Source of the DNA: Vitrella brassicaformis CCMP3155
Taxonomy: Eukaryota > Protista > Chromerida
Length of the DNA: 64,000 nucleotides
Assembly: GCA_001179505.1 (NCBI GenBank)
Contig: CDMY01000193.1
Coordinates: 1 to 64,000, forward strand
Direction of reading: 5' to 3'
Part shown: positions 1 to 12,204 of the stretch, one piece after another
How the letters are laid out: every line of letters starts with the position of its first letter
Numbering within the stretch: position 1 is the stretch's first letter
Notes under the pieces: model-generated
Told to the model about the DNA's origin: nothing
Database searches by the model: none
What the model saw: the letters and a program-made list of their open reading frames with translations, nothing else
Program-made: the position numbers and the translations under genes

Positions 1-522
1 CGTGATTTTCTTTTCTTGAGCACATGCCGTGATGGTTCGTCTTGAGAGGGGGTGTCAGGATTGCCAGCTTGGCAAGACGAACCACTGCGAGCTTGTGAGC
101 TAGGGTATATTGCTGTGTAACGGGTGGAGAGAGAAGAAGACAAGGAAAGACAAGGAAAGCATTCTGAGGAGACACGATCTTATCAGCCATCACCGAAGTG
201 AGATCTGTGTTGACCACCCTTCATGATGCCATACATGGACAGAAACAACTTCCACTGACTGGTCAGTCCATCGGTCTTACTAAAGTAAAAACACTCTTAC
301 TGGGACTTACCGCCCAGCAGATCCTCTATTCAGCTAACTACAGGAAAGGTCCTCACCGGCCTTTTCGCACACCATTGACCCTGGATTGGTCTCTGGCGTC
401 TTCGAGGCACCTGAGTATCTTCTGCAGCAGGTGGCGCGACTCGAGCGAGTCACGGAAACCAGATATCAACACCTCCATTTCCACGGAGCCAGAGATGGAC
501 GAGCTCTTCACCCCCCGGGCTA

Positions 523-593
523 ACACCGTTAGTATAGCGGTAGAATAAGCGGTTCCCATCCGCTTGGCCCGGGTTCAACTCCCGGACGGTGTA
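523..593 (+). tRNA. tRNA-Gly-CCC: tRNA-Gly (anticodon CCC)
   Basis: Hand-folded 71-nt cloverleaf: acceptor ACACCGT/ACGGTGT, D arm GTAT-AGCGGTA-GAAT, anticodon stem AGCGG/CCGCT with loop TT-CCC-AT (anticodon 555-557), T arm CCGGG-TTCAACT-CCCGG, discriminator A; T5 tract 28 nt downstream. Confidence 0.93.
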
Positions 594-621
594 TGTATGA
601 GTAGATCGCCTTTGCAGCCGG

Positions 622-626
622 TTTTT
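622..626 (+). terminator. Pol III terminator (T5) for tRNA-Gly-CCC; mirrored at 852-856 on the minus strand
   Basis: TTTTT 28 nt after the tRNA 3' end in both arms. Confidence 0.7.
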
Positions 627-884
627 GACCACCGCACCGTTTGCCGTCCCTCCTGCCGCCAGGGCGGCGGATGGTGGCGATGAAATCAAACAGAAGACAG
701 GAATAGGCTGCGAGGTCATGTCACGGTCATACATACACCGTCCGGGAGTGACCGTGACATGACCTCGCAGCCTATTCCTGTCTTCTGTTTGATTTCATCG
801 CCACCATCCGCCGCCCTGGCGGCAGGAGGGACGGCAAACGGTGCGGTGGTCAAAAACCGGCTGCAAAGGCGATCTACTCATACA

Positions 885-955
885 TACACCGTCCGGGAGT
901 CGAACCCGGGCCAAATGAATGGAAATCATTTATTCTACCGCTATACTAACGGTGT
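885..955 (-). tRNA. tRNA-Gly-TCC: tRNA-Gly (anticodon TCC)
   Basis: Reverse complement reads ACACCGT TA GTAT AGCGGTA GAAT A AATGA TT-TCC-AT TCATT TGGC CCGGG TTCGACT CCCGG ACGGTGT A, a full 71-nt cloverleaf with B box GGTTCGACTCC. Confidence 0.93.
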
Positions 956-1108
956 GAAGTTGCATGTTTCGGGCAGGTGATGACATTGAGGGTTGTGAGG
1001 TCTCTTCACAGATTCACCGATAGACGTTTGACGACAGGTCTGTCTATGCATGAATGTGTGTATGTAATGTATATATCTACAGATCGAGTCTTCCCGCCAA
1101 ATCACTGG

Positions 1109-3884
1109 CTACGCACACGGGACCGTCCTCTGTGAGTCATCATCTCTCACAGTCACACCACTGCTGCCGGCCCCATCCTCGCCATTATCCTCATCACCCG
1201 CATCGCCCATCGGCTGGTCCGCCACACCGCCACTACCGTCCCCACCATCTGCTGCCGCACCGGGCCCGTCGTCAATCACCTCCACATCTGGACACACAGA
1301 CACACAGAGAGCCAGATGGGAAGAGCCTCGTGTGTGTGTCGCTTGTTTGCCGAGACTGACTGACCTCTGTAGTGGTAGGCCGACGAACGTGGCGACGCCG
1401 GCACCGTCCGGGCGGGCGACGCGGGCTCTGTGGCATCCTCATCGCCGCCACCCGCCCCTCTGATGTCCCTCTCTGCCCCATCGCCCCCCTCCATCATCTG
1501 GTCGTTCGGCGGCGCACTCTCAGCAGCAACAGCAGCATATGGATGGGCCGGCACCGGGCTGAGATCACCACCGCTCCTTGCCCGGCGTGTTCCACTGCCG
1601 TTGCTGTCTGCCGGGGGTGAGTTGGAGTGTATCATGGCGAGAAGGTCACGGTCCTGTGATTGCGAGTCGGTGGGGGTGATGGCTGGCGGGCGCGGAGCGT
1701 CGCTGCCAGACGGAGCGGCCTCGTTTGAAGACGCAGCAGCAGCTGCTGCTGCTTTTGCGGGCTTCTCTTTCCTGAACCATCGCAGCGCAATGCAGAGGAG
1801 CACCATTGCCGCCATGCCACGTGCGTCGGTGGTGTGCATGCTTGGGCCGCTTGCCTGAGTAGGTCATGGAACTGCAGCGAGGGGTCGGTGCACGGGGCTT
1901 GTGGGTCATTTCGGTATTCCCACGGGTCTTCCCACGGGTCATATCTGGCCTGGTCGGGCAGCGCCACCTTGCCCACGGGCCGCACCTCACACGGCCCCAT
2001 GAACTCCACCAGCTCGTGCACCTCCTCGTACGATGAATGCATCGCCCACATGACGTGCTGAACACACACACACGAACAAAGAAAGAAACAAACGCACACA
2101 TCTGGCCTGGCTTCTCTAGTCGACCTCGCTGTCTGTCTGCCTGTGCCCTGTGTGAGGTGTACCCATGTAGAGTTTCCATCTGGGCCTGTCTGGAGGATCG
2201 GCTGGTGCTGGTTTGTGTCCATGGAGGAGAGGCATGTCCTGGTGTACCAGCGAGTCGAGGCCACGATCCACACAGAAGCACGGTCACCGGACTGCCTGAT
2301 GGCGGCCTTGGACTCGCTCGGATGCTTGCCCACCACGATCCGCGGGACGTCCCGGTCAGTTCCCTGGTGGATGAGATGGGCGGAGAAAAAGACAGGAAGG
2401 AAGCAGGTAGTGTAGACAGGTCATCCGTCAATAGCGACACCGATGTGCACGGGGGGGTGGGTGGGCTCCTACCTACCGTGACGTGTTTCAGACGCAGGTG
2501 TGGGTTTGCGATCTTAAGATCGTTGAAGAATTGCCGACTTCGCACGCCAAGCTCGCTACCGCCATTGCTTTGCAGCCACTTGTCCAGCCGCTCTATGAGC
2601 TCCTCGCTGCCCAGCCACCCCTGCAGATTCAATAGCAACCATCGAGAGAGGCTTTGGCCTGCGGTGAGTCCATCCGTCAGTCCATCCGGTCTTGCGTACC
2701 GAAATGAAGGAGATGTAGTCGTCCTTGTAGATGCTGAAGAGTGCCTCTAGCTGACGCTTGCTCTCATCCTGTGTGCCAGTCAGATCAGCAACGCAGGCAG
2801 GACAGCGAGGGGTGCAGTGGCCGCTGGTGGGCTGCATGTTTGTGTGTGGGTGTGTCACGCCTTCCTTGCCTTGGTGATGAACTTGGCGCACTGGCGGTCT
2901 GCAAACGTGACGTCTACATACATGATATCCACCTGTGGCCACACACACATCCACGCCAGCCATGCCACCGCCGACGGCCGTGTGCACGTGAGTGATTCGT
3001 CATTGTTTGTGGGTGGCTGGCTGACCTTCTCCCTCGCCTCTTGAAGGACTGGGTGCGACAGCAGCCCAGCGTAGAAGCGGAAGTCGCCCGTGTGCATGTG
3101 ATATCGCCCGCCCGCTAATCGCAGCACCACCCTGTAGCACACGACACAGCACAGCACAGAGCACAGCACAGCACACGCATCCGGCAAAGAAAACCGCAAG
3201 GATGCCGCCGCTTCGCTTGCTTGGTGTGCTGTGCGTCCCTGCCTGCCTGCCTACATTGCTGATCCAGCCATGTGGTTGGCATCGATGAAACACATCTGAG
3301 TGACACACACGACACCCACACAGGCAGAGCTCGAGCAGGTACGCCTGGCTTTGTTCCGAGTGCCGCGGCTGACCTCAACGATCCCAGCGATTGGATCCTG
3401 GATTTCCGTCCACACTACGTGCTCTTCCACACTCACGATCTCCTGACACACACAGATGAGATGCGTCCACGCTTCACACCGCTGACGACAAACAAACAGG
3501 CCGCCTCGTCGTTTCTTGCTTGCTCACCACTCTATCCTTGGGCACAGCCAGAAGGTCCTCGTGGGTGATGAAGTCGAACGTCTTTTTTGTGCAGTATATC
3601 TTGCCATCCTGCCGCTCACAGAATGCACGATTCAGCCCTCTATAGTGATCTGCATACGCGACACAACACAACAAAAGACAGACATACGCAGATTAAAGAG
3701 TATGCACCGCACCGCATCCGCCCATCACATCCTGCATCTCTGTGTCCGTCCGTCCGTCCGTCCGTCTGTCTGTACCAGAATGGAAGTGTGTCAGGATGAA
3801 TGAGGGTACGCCGAAGGTGTCATCCACCCGTACGAATCTGTCGACGAAGATGAGTGTGTTGGGAAACGTGGCATTCGTGCACAT
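1109..3884 (-). CDS. SNM1/PSO2/Artemis-family metallo-beta-lactamase (beta-CASP) DNA-repair nuclease, multi-exon; 3' end uncertain (a last exon may lie near 1018-1045)
   Basis: Spliced motifs IFVDRF, ILTHFH-SDHYRGL (HxHxDH across an intron), FIDANHMAGSAM, HMHTGDFRF, MYVDVTF, HSSYEEVHELVEF; low-complexity C-terminal tail. Confidence 0.88.
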
Positions 3885-3924
3885 GACGCCAGTTTGTGAG
3901 GAGTTTGTCCAGCTTCAATTTTGG

Positions 3925-3942
3925 AGCTCGCCAGAAGCTCGC
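3925..3942 (+). promoter_or_regulatory. Candidate bidirectional-promoter element AGCTCGC-N4-AGCTCGC
   Basis: Direct repeat with 11-bp period in the 222-bp spacer between the divergent SNM1-like and GH3 genes; the same arrangement recurs at 60059-60076. Confidence 0.4.
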
Positions 3943-4106
3943 ACGAAACAACAAGCGCTGACGCAATTAATGGAACATACAAAATGAGCGCAAAAGATGT
4001 GGCAGCCACGCCGCAGACTACACCCCTAGCTGCCGTGCGGTGTCAGCGCTGACAGTCTGTGACTGAATCCTCCCTGTGCGCGGGCCGCGGTCGGCGGCGC
4101 TCTCTC

Positions 4107-7100
4107 ATGATGCCCCGTCGTCGCCTATGGCTGCCATTTGCTCTTTCGCTGCTCCCAGCTGTGGCGCACATTGCGCAAGCAGACCTGCCACCATGTGCCG
4201 GTGAGCGAGGGAAAGCCCTTCAGGAAAATCGCCCGCTCAAGACTGTTGGTTGGTGTGTGGGTGGTGTCGTGTCGGGTGCAGCGAACGTGAGAGGGTGCGA
4301 AGCTGCGGACCTTAAGGAAAACGGAAATGGCACTGAAGGCGCCGCAAACGCCACCGCTATGCAGGGCAGATGGCCAACCAAGCCAGCCTGCACAGATGAC
4401 GACCTTTCTAGACCGCTCTGTGCTGCGTCCGTGTGTGTGTTTGCCTGCAGTGTACGAGGGCACTCCATCGGAGGAGCGGGCGCCAGGAGAGGAAGGACAA
4501 GAGGGGGACGAAGAAATGATGGACATCCAAAGAGGTCAGCAAGCGACACCCACTCACTTCATCCTGCATACCGCTCTCTCTTATGCCCAACCCACTCCAC
4601 AGCGAGGGAGGTATGGGGGAGCGACCCGATCGTGGGGGAGTTTCCACGCCTCACAAATGAAACCATAGAGGCCCTGATCGCCTCCATCGTCGCCAAGATG
4701 ACACTCGAGCAGAAGGTCGGTCAGATGGTCCAAGGCGAAGCTCCCATCAATGTCAACGCCACACACGTCAAGACCTACGCACTCGGCTCCGTCCTCTCGG
4801 GCGGGATGCTCCGATTCGCCGGCAGCACCGACCCTCACACATGGCTGGACCACACACAGGCCTACTTTGACGAGGCTGTGGAGGTCGACGGGCACAAGGT
4901 CCGAGTGCTGTGGGCGATTGACGCTGTGCACGGCCACAACAAGATGCCCGGCGCGACCATCTTCCCACACAACATCGGGCTCGGCGCCACGAGGGATCCC
5001 GCCTTAGTGGAGAAAGTGGGCAAGGTGACGGCACACGAGGTGGCCTTGACAGGAATCGACTGGAACTTCGCGCCATGCCTCGCTGTTCCACAGAACGAAA
5101 GGTGAAGTCAAATCAGACGCACGTCGCACCCATCCCACCCGACACGTGTCATTTTTCCGTCGTAAGATGGGGGAGGACGTACGAGGGCTACTCCGAAGAC
5201 CCCAAGGTAGTCGAAACACTGGGTGCGGCCTACGTACGCGGCCTGCAGGGCGAGCCAGGCAACAGCACCTTCCTGGATCTGGAGCACGTGATCGGGACAG
5301 CCAAACACTTCATCGGCGACGGTGGGACGGGCAGCGGCGCCGACCGAGGCAACACCAAGGTCACCGAGGAGACCCTCAGGGACATCCACGGCCGTGGCTA
5401 TCTGTCGACGCTCAAGCAGGCCGTCCAGACGGTCATGACGTCCTACTCCCGGTGGAACAACGTGGATATGCACAACCACAAGTATCTCATCACCGACGTC
5501 CTCAAGGTGCGGGGCGGTGCGGTGCGTGTCACATCACATATATGTGTCACTCAAATGTGTCACACGCCGCCCCCGGCCGTGTGTGTTGTGTTGTGTTGTG
5601 TTGTGGTGGACTGGACAGGGAGTGTTGGGCTTTGACGGCATCGTTGTGTCCGATTGGTACGGCATGGACGACGTGCCGGGATGCGACAGGCGATCATGTG
5701 CACCATCCATCAACGCGGGTCGGGTCCGTCCGTCTTAGACACACATGCAAAGCACACCGTGACGCCTGTCCATCTGTGGGTGGGTGTCTGTGCATCAATC
5801 AATCAGGCATTGACATCATGATGGTCCCGGACTACGACCACTGGCGCCCATTCATTCGCAATACCATCCGCCAGGTCGAAATCGGCCTCATACCACAAGA
5901 GCGAATCGACGATGCCGTCACCCGCATCCTGCGGGTCAAGGCGAGAATGGGCCTGATCGAGCCCAAGCAAGGCACCTACGAGGGCGTCTACGTGCGGCCC
6001 TCCCCCTCTAAGCGCACAGAGGAGCTCAGACGGCAGGGCCTGCAGCTGTCCTCACCCGAGCACAGAGAGGTGGCCAGGGAGGCGGTCCAGAAGTCGCTCG
6101 TCCTTCTCAAGAACAACAAAGCGGCCAGGACCGGCCGGCGGCCCCTCCCTCTTGCCAAGGACAGCGTGGTGCTGGTTGCTGGTAGAGCCGCCGACTCCAT
6201 CCCCTTGCAGGCGGGGGGCTGGACCTTCATGTGGCAAGGCGACATGGGGAAAGACAACAGCTTCTTTAAGCCGGGGCAGTCCATCCTAGACGGGCTTGAA
6301 GGCCACGCTTTAGACGGGGGTGGGAAGGTCATATATGACAGCAACGGCACGGAAACACACGGCGACATCGACGTGGCGATCGTCGTCATGAGCGAGCAGG
6401 TACGCACTCACCACGTCGGGTAGCTGTGCTGTTGGGCTATGATATGATGGATGTTTGTTGTGCTGTTGGGCTCAGCCGTATGCCGAGATGTTGGGTGACC
6501 GTCCTTTCCCCAGCCCGCTCGCATTCAATGCCACGGAGGACGGCCAAGTGGACCACGAGGTACTGCATCGCGTCAAGGCCAGCCACCCCGACGTGCCCCT
6601 GGTCGCCATCCTGCTCTCCGGCCGGGCTCTTTACATCAACAATGAGATCAACGCGGCCGACGCATTCGTGGCGGCATGGCTGATCGGCACGGAGGGTCAG
6701 GGTGTTGCGGACGTGCTTTATGAGAACGGGCCGGACTTCCACGGCCGGCTGCCGTACACATGGCCGTCACATCCGTGTCAGGTGCCGGTGGGAGCCGAGC
6801 AGCCATCAGCCTTCCCACTGGGCTACGGGCTGAGTTATGAGGATGAGGTGCATGTGGAGCCTCTGCCTGAAGACGCACCTTCGTCATGCGGTGCGTGACG
6901 CAAGGGAGGGAGGGAGGGAGGGAGGGAGGAAGGGAGGAAGGGAGGCGCCGCTCTCATGCGCCGTTTCTGTGCAATTCAGATGCCTTCGGTGATTTTGAGA
7001 TGGTTGGGAGCAGCCAGTGTGTGGTGGAGATGCCCGACATGACGCCCGACGCCCTGCTGCGTGTGACGGAGGACGTGACGATCAGCATGGAGGCGTGTGC

Positions 7101-10100
7101 CACCCTCTGCCAGCGGTCCGGCAGCTGCCAGGCCTTCGACTACCTACCCACAGCGCGCAAGTGCCGCCGTCACTTCTTCGCCCTGCAGTCGACCATGACG
7201 GCTGACGGGCTCGTCGTGGGCCTGGCGGCAGACACTGAGGAAGACACAGAGAGGCCCCCTGCTGGCGCCGAGGCACGGTGCTGGAGACGCATTGGTGAGG
7301 CAGAAGCGACGGCTGTGTGTCATGCGTGTTCGTGTGCAGTGCATGGTTTACTTTACATGTTGTGTGTGCGTGTGTGCAGAATCATCGGTTGAAGACGACA
7401 TCTGTGTGTCTCTGGGCGGCCGGCTGGCGCCCGACGCCAGCGCCCTGTGCTGCCCCGCCCACTGCACGGCATGTGGACACGAAGCCTGCTCGCTCCTCGA
7501 GCAGCTCTCACAAGATACCACCCTCACCACGTTCCCAAGCTCGGGCAACCTCTGCTGCTTCGAGGCTCTTCTTGAGAGCGGCAAGCTGCACCGCTGCGCC
7601 TGGGACAACTTCATCTTCCCGCCATGTGTGGCAGAGCCGCCGATAGAGGGCTTCGAGCTCCGTTATCTCGGCGGTTGTGAGGGCGACCCAGAGCCATCGT
7701 CAGGCAGTAGCAGCGACAGGAGGCTCGATACGTCCCTGGCACCCCACCGTCGTGAGCTCAGCCACCGTCAGACGGAAAAGGAGAAGCCTATTTCCATCAC
7801 GCTGCAAGTCACCGACACGATCACCCGGGCCCCGAGAGTGGTTGAGGCGGCCGACGTGAGTGCGTGTGCCGACAAGTGCCGGAAGAGGTCGTGGTGTGCT
7901 GCTTTCGACTTCAGCCAGGACGCCACACACGATGCGTGCAGGCTCTTTGCTGAGTCGCCATCGGAGGCGTCGCAGCACATCCGCGACCGCCAGAGATGCT
8001 ATACGAGGAGCGGTACACACGCCCACACACACGCCCACCGGAGCGTCACGGCATATGGACGGACGGATTGCATGTGCGTGTGTGTCAGAGCCCAGTGGTG
8101 CGATGCAGGCATGTTTTGAGAGCGACGGCAGGTTCCACCTGGTTGACGGGAGGGGCGCGGTCTGCCTTACCCCTCTAGGGGGCGATGCGGTGCTCGAGGC
8201 CACCGTCTACTCGGCCAACCAGACCAGCTCAGCCCCATACGCATTCCCAGACAAACCATGCCAGCCTGGCGCCGAACTCCCCTGTGTCGCAGGTCGGCAG
8301 ACAGACACAACATCTCCTTCCATCTGATGTGATGTCACTCGTCTGTGTGTGTGTTGTGTGGAGTGTGCAGACGGTGTGGTGGACACGTTTGCCTTTGTGG
8401 GCGTGGCCACGTGTGAGACCCGCACAAACGCTTCAGAGGCGGGCGAGGTGAAAGCGGCAGAGGCACCCGACATCGACGCTTGCCGGTGGCTGTGTGAGGA
8501 GTCGGAGACCTGCACGGGCTTCCAATACGACTACGATGAGGGTGACGGCAGCTGCTGGCTGCTGCAGCGGGCCCCGATCAAAAAGGGCAACGACACACCC
8601 ACGAGCCGATGCTACCGCAAGAAAGGTAGGGTCCCTACAGGCACCGCACACACCGACAGGCAGTCAGGCAGGCAGGCAGGCAGTCAGGCGGACAGGACAG
8701 TGCGCATCGCATCAGCTCCACCCACCCACCTCATGTACGGACATGTGTGTGGGATGTGAATGTGTGTGTTTTGTCAGACATGGACGCCGTGTTGGAGGAG
8801 TGTGTGAGCATTGGTGGCATCCCATCGTCCTTCTCAGCAGTCGTCGATGGCGATGTCGAGGACAAGCCGTCACTGCGGTCGTGCTGCCCCGCCAGCTGTG
8901 GCGTGTGCGGCGGGGCAGACTGCCTGAAGAGGGACGGCGGGTTGGACAACTGCTGCGACCAGGCTGTGAGGGAGCACCACCCTTTATGCATTCAGAAAGG
9001 CTCACCGCCGTGCCAGGCAGGTGAGGTGCGGTACGTCACCAAACATTCAACACACTCACCATGACGTCTCGCTTAACTCACGCTCAGGCTTTGCACCTGA
9101 GTCGTTCGAGCTGGCTGGTGTGGGTGGCTGCCGCACCGCTGGCCATGGCGAGACCAACGACATTCAGGGACCTACCACTATTGACGAGTGCGCGGCGTTG
9201 TGTGAGGCCGACGAGAAGTGCGAGGGGTTCGATTTGGAGGTGTGGAGCAAGGAGGCCGAGGCCAGGGAGTGGCTCAAGGCACGTAGAGAGAAAGCAGCGA
9301 AGGAGGGAGAGCAGGACGGTGATGCAGAAAGCCAAGGCGAGGCATACGCGGACACGGGCAGCTCTGCTGGTGATGACAAGGAAGCCGTCGAGGCGGCCTT
9401 CCTGCGGAAGCAGCGAGATCAGAAGACAACAACTGCCCAGGAGGAGAGCCGGCTGGCAGACGAGGGAGAACGGCGCGAGCCGCGGCCTGACAGTGCTGAG
9501 GTGAGGATCATAGGCTGCCGGTTGTTCCACGCCCCCATCATCGGCGGCGCCGGAGACGGAGACAACATGCACAGATGCTTCGCCAAGAAAGGACCACAAC
9601 ACGGCGGTGAGTGAGTGACACGACACACAGGGCCATCCCTACGATCTCTCTGTTGTCTTGGTTCAGAAGCAGTGAAAGCAGAAACAAACGAGCATCCCGA
9701 TGGCAAACTTAAAGCCTTCGCGTCCGCAGCATCCAAAATGGAAGAAGCCCCCGACCTCGCCGAGCCCAGGGCGACTGACACCGACGACGAATCGGACTCA
9801 GACTATGATGCCGCCCAAGGCAGCATGGAAGCCGTCGATGCACTGGTGTTTGTTGGGACGGGGGAGTGCCTCATGAGCCACCCATCGCCCGGCGCCCTAG
9901 CCGACAGCAACCGGCTGGAGAGGCCTGCCTCACGGCTGTCGGTTGAGGGCTTGCGTGCGTGTGCAGAGGCGTGCTGGGGGGATGGGGGGTGCAAGGGGGT
10001 GCAGTTTCGGCGGCAGGCGGAGAGGCGGGGGGCGTGCACGCTCTTCGCGGACTACCCAATCCGGTGAGGGGGATGGGTGGTGGGAGGGAGGGCATACGTC

Positions 10101-12168
10101 ACGTGAGCCCTTCTGTGTGTGTTGGTCATGTCATGTGTGTCACGCCTGCCTGTCATATGTGTGCGGTGGGGTGCTGTGGGGTAGGGTTGCTGCGGATGCC
10201 ATGACAATGTGCTTCTTCAAGCCACCGCTCCCCCACCACGACGTGCAGGCCGCACAGATCTCACCAGGAGGTCCTTCGTCGCCATCGTGTTTCCTCGACA
10301 CATACGAACTGACATCCACGACAATCGCCGAACGCAGCCCAGCCGAGTCACCCGAAGCGTGCCAGGTACCTGCGGTGCATCTCAATCATCTCACACACAA
10401 GACAAGACAGACACAGAGAGACGTCTACACGTGACTGACGGGCCTTTGCGTCGCATTTATCTATCTGCATGCCTGTCTGTGATGCATGTGAGTGCAGGTG
10501 GAGTGCCAGGCCACTCCCCAGTGTGCGGCCTTTACCTTTGCCAACGGGTCGTGCCTCCTCAAGGCATCCTTCGCCCCACAGTTCCACCACGAGACAGCGA
10601 CAAACGACACATCAGCAGCAGCAGACGGCCGCAATGCCACCTCCGGCCCCCGCAGCTGTGGGCCACACAGAGCCATACAGACAGACAGACAGACAGACAG
10701 ACAGGGGACAGAAATGCGTGTGTGTGTGTGTGTGTGCAGGCGGCTGGGAATACCACCGGTCGCCCATCAGGCGCGACGACGCAATAGAGGCCGCCCTTGA
10801 CGAGCTTATGCAGACGCTTGACCTCGACAGCAAGCTGGGGCAGCTGATCTTCCTCAACACCAAGCGTGCCACGGTGGATGTGGCCCGGGCGCTGCGCCCC
10901 GGCGCGATACAGATGCCCCGCAACCTGACGGTGCATGAGGCGCTGGAGGCCAACGATGAGCTGTACATGGCCACGTTGGAGGGAGGTGGCGAGCATGCCA
11001 TCCCTCCGCTGCTGGTGACGAATGGCATGCACGGCAACGCCATGGTGAGGAACACCACCATCTTCCCGCACAACATCGGTCTGGGTGCGGCCAACGACGA
11101 GGGCTTGATGGCGCGCATCGGTGCCGCCACCGCCATTGAGATGGCTGTCGTCGGCCTCGATTGGACGGAGGCGCCTGTGGTGGCCGTCACCAGGGATTAC
11201 AGATGGGGCAGAGTGTACGAGAGCTTTGGGTGCGTGAGACCTCACACCGAACCGACACAACGGACATGCACGCAACACAACCACTCCTGTGTCTCTACGT
11301 GAGCAGGGAGGATCCCGAGAGAGTGGCCAGGCTCACTGCCGCCTATCTTCGAGGGCTGCAGGGCAACCCGAACAAGACCGACGAGTACCTGGGTGTGTCC
11401 AAGGTGCTCGCCAACTGCAAGCACTTCCTTGGCGACGGTGAGGCGGCCGAGGGTCGGACCAAAGGCAACTTCCCGAGAAGCGAGATGGACCTCGCCAGGA
11501 CCCATGCCCCACCCTACTACGCATGCATCGACAACGGCGTCCAGATCATCATGCCCTCTTACACAGGCGTCCTTGGCAAATCCGTCCACGGTGAGTGAGA
11601 CACAGAAGGAAACAGATGGACCGACCTGTGTAGTATGTAAGTGTCTGAGTGAGTGCATCCTGACTGACAGGGTCTCGATACCTGTTGACTGAGGTGCTCC
11701 GCGAAAAGTTGGGTTTTGACGGCATGGTGATTAGCGATTACGACGCGTGGAGGAATGTGGAGGTGCCGGTCGACGGCTGCACCCTCGACAACTGTCCCAA
11801 CGTCATCTCGGCGGGCGTCGACCAGCTGCTCGTCGGACAAGGCAGCTATAACGCGTAAGAACACGCGAAAGCTGGGAGGGAATCGAATCCCGCATATGGA
11901 TTACTTACCCACACACCCGCTGGCTGTGTCTGTGTCTGTGTCTGTGTTGGTCATCAGGACTCTCACCAACATGAAGACCGCCCTGCAGCAAAACACTTTG
12001 TCAATCAGGGCCGTCAACCGCGCCGTGCGTCGCATCCTTCGTGTCAAGATGCGGCTGGGGCTCATGGGCCCCTATGCCGCAAAGGCGGCACGGCAGCGGC
12101 CGTCCGAGCGGCCCCTCGCCGGCAGGGCTGACCTGGTGCTGTCGTCCGAGCACCGCGGGCTGGCAAGG

Positions 12169-12204
<36 letters not shown>

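Larger units (their letters stand above)
523..955. repeat. 433-bp palindrome: 207-bp inverted arms (523-729 / 749-955) with a 19-nt spacer
   Basis: Base-by-base comparison: 578-729 is the exact reverse complement of 749-900; the differences lie only in the tRNA anticodon arm (7 nt) and T loop (1 nt). 727-749 duplicates 878-900. Confidence 0.95.

Noticed and set aside
1-520. Microsatellite-free stretch upstream of the tRNA with a 116-codon ORF; possible tRNA-targeting retroelement fragment
   Set aside because: No RT, integrase, gag or TIR/LTR motif recognised in any frame; several frames are interrupted by stops.
450-980. ORFs 450-734 (-) and 759-980 (+) with identical translations
   Set aside because: By-products of the tRNA palindrome, not protein genes.
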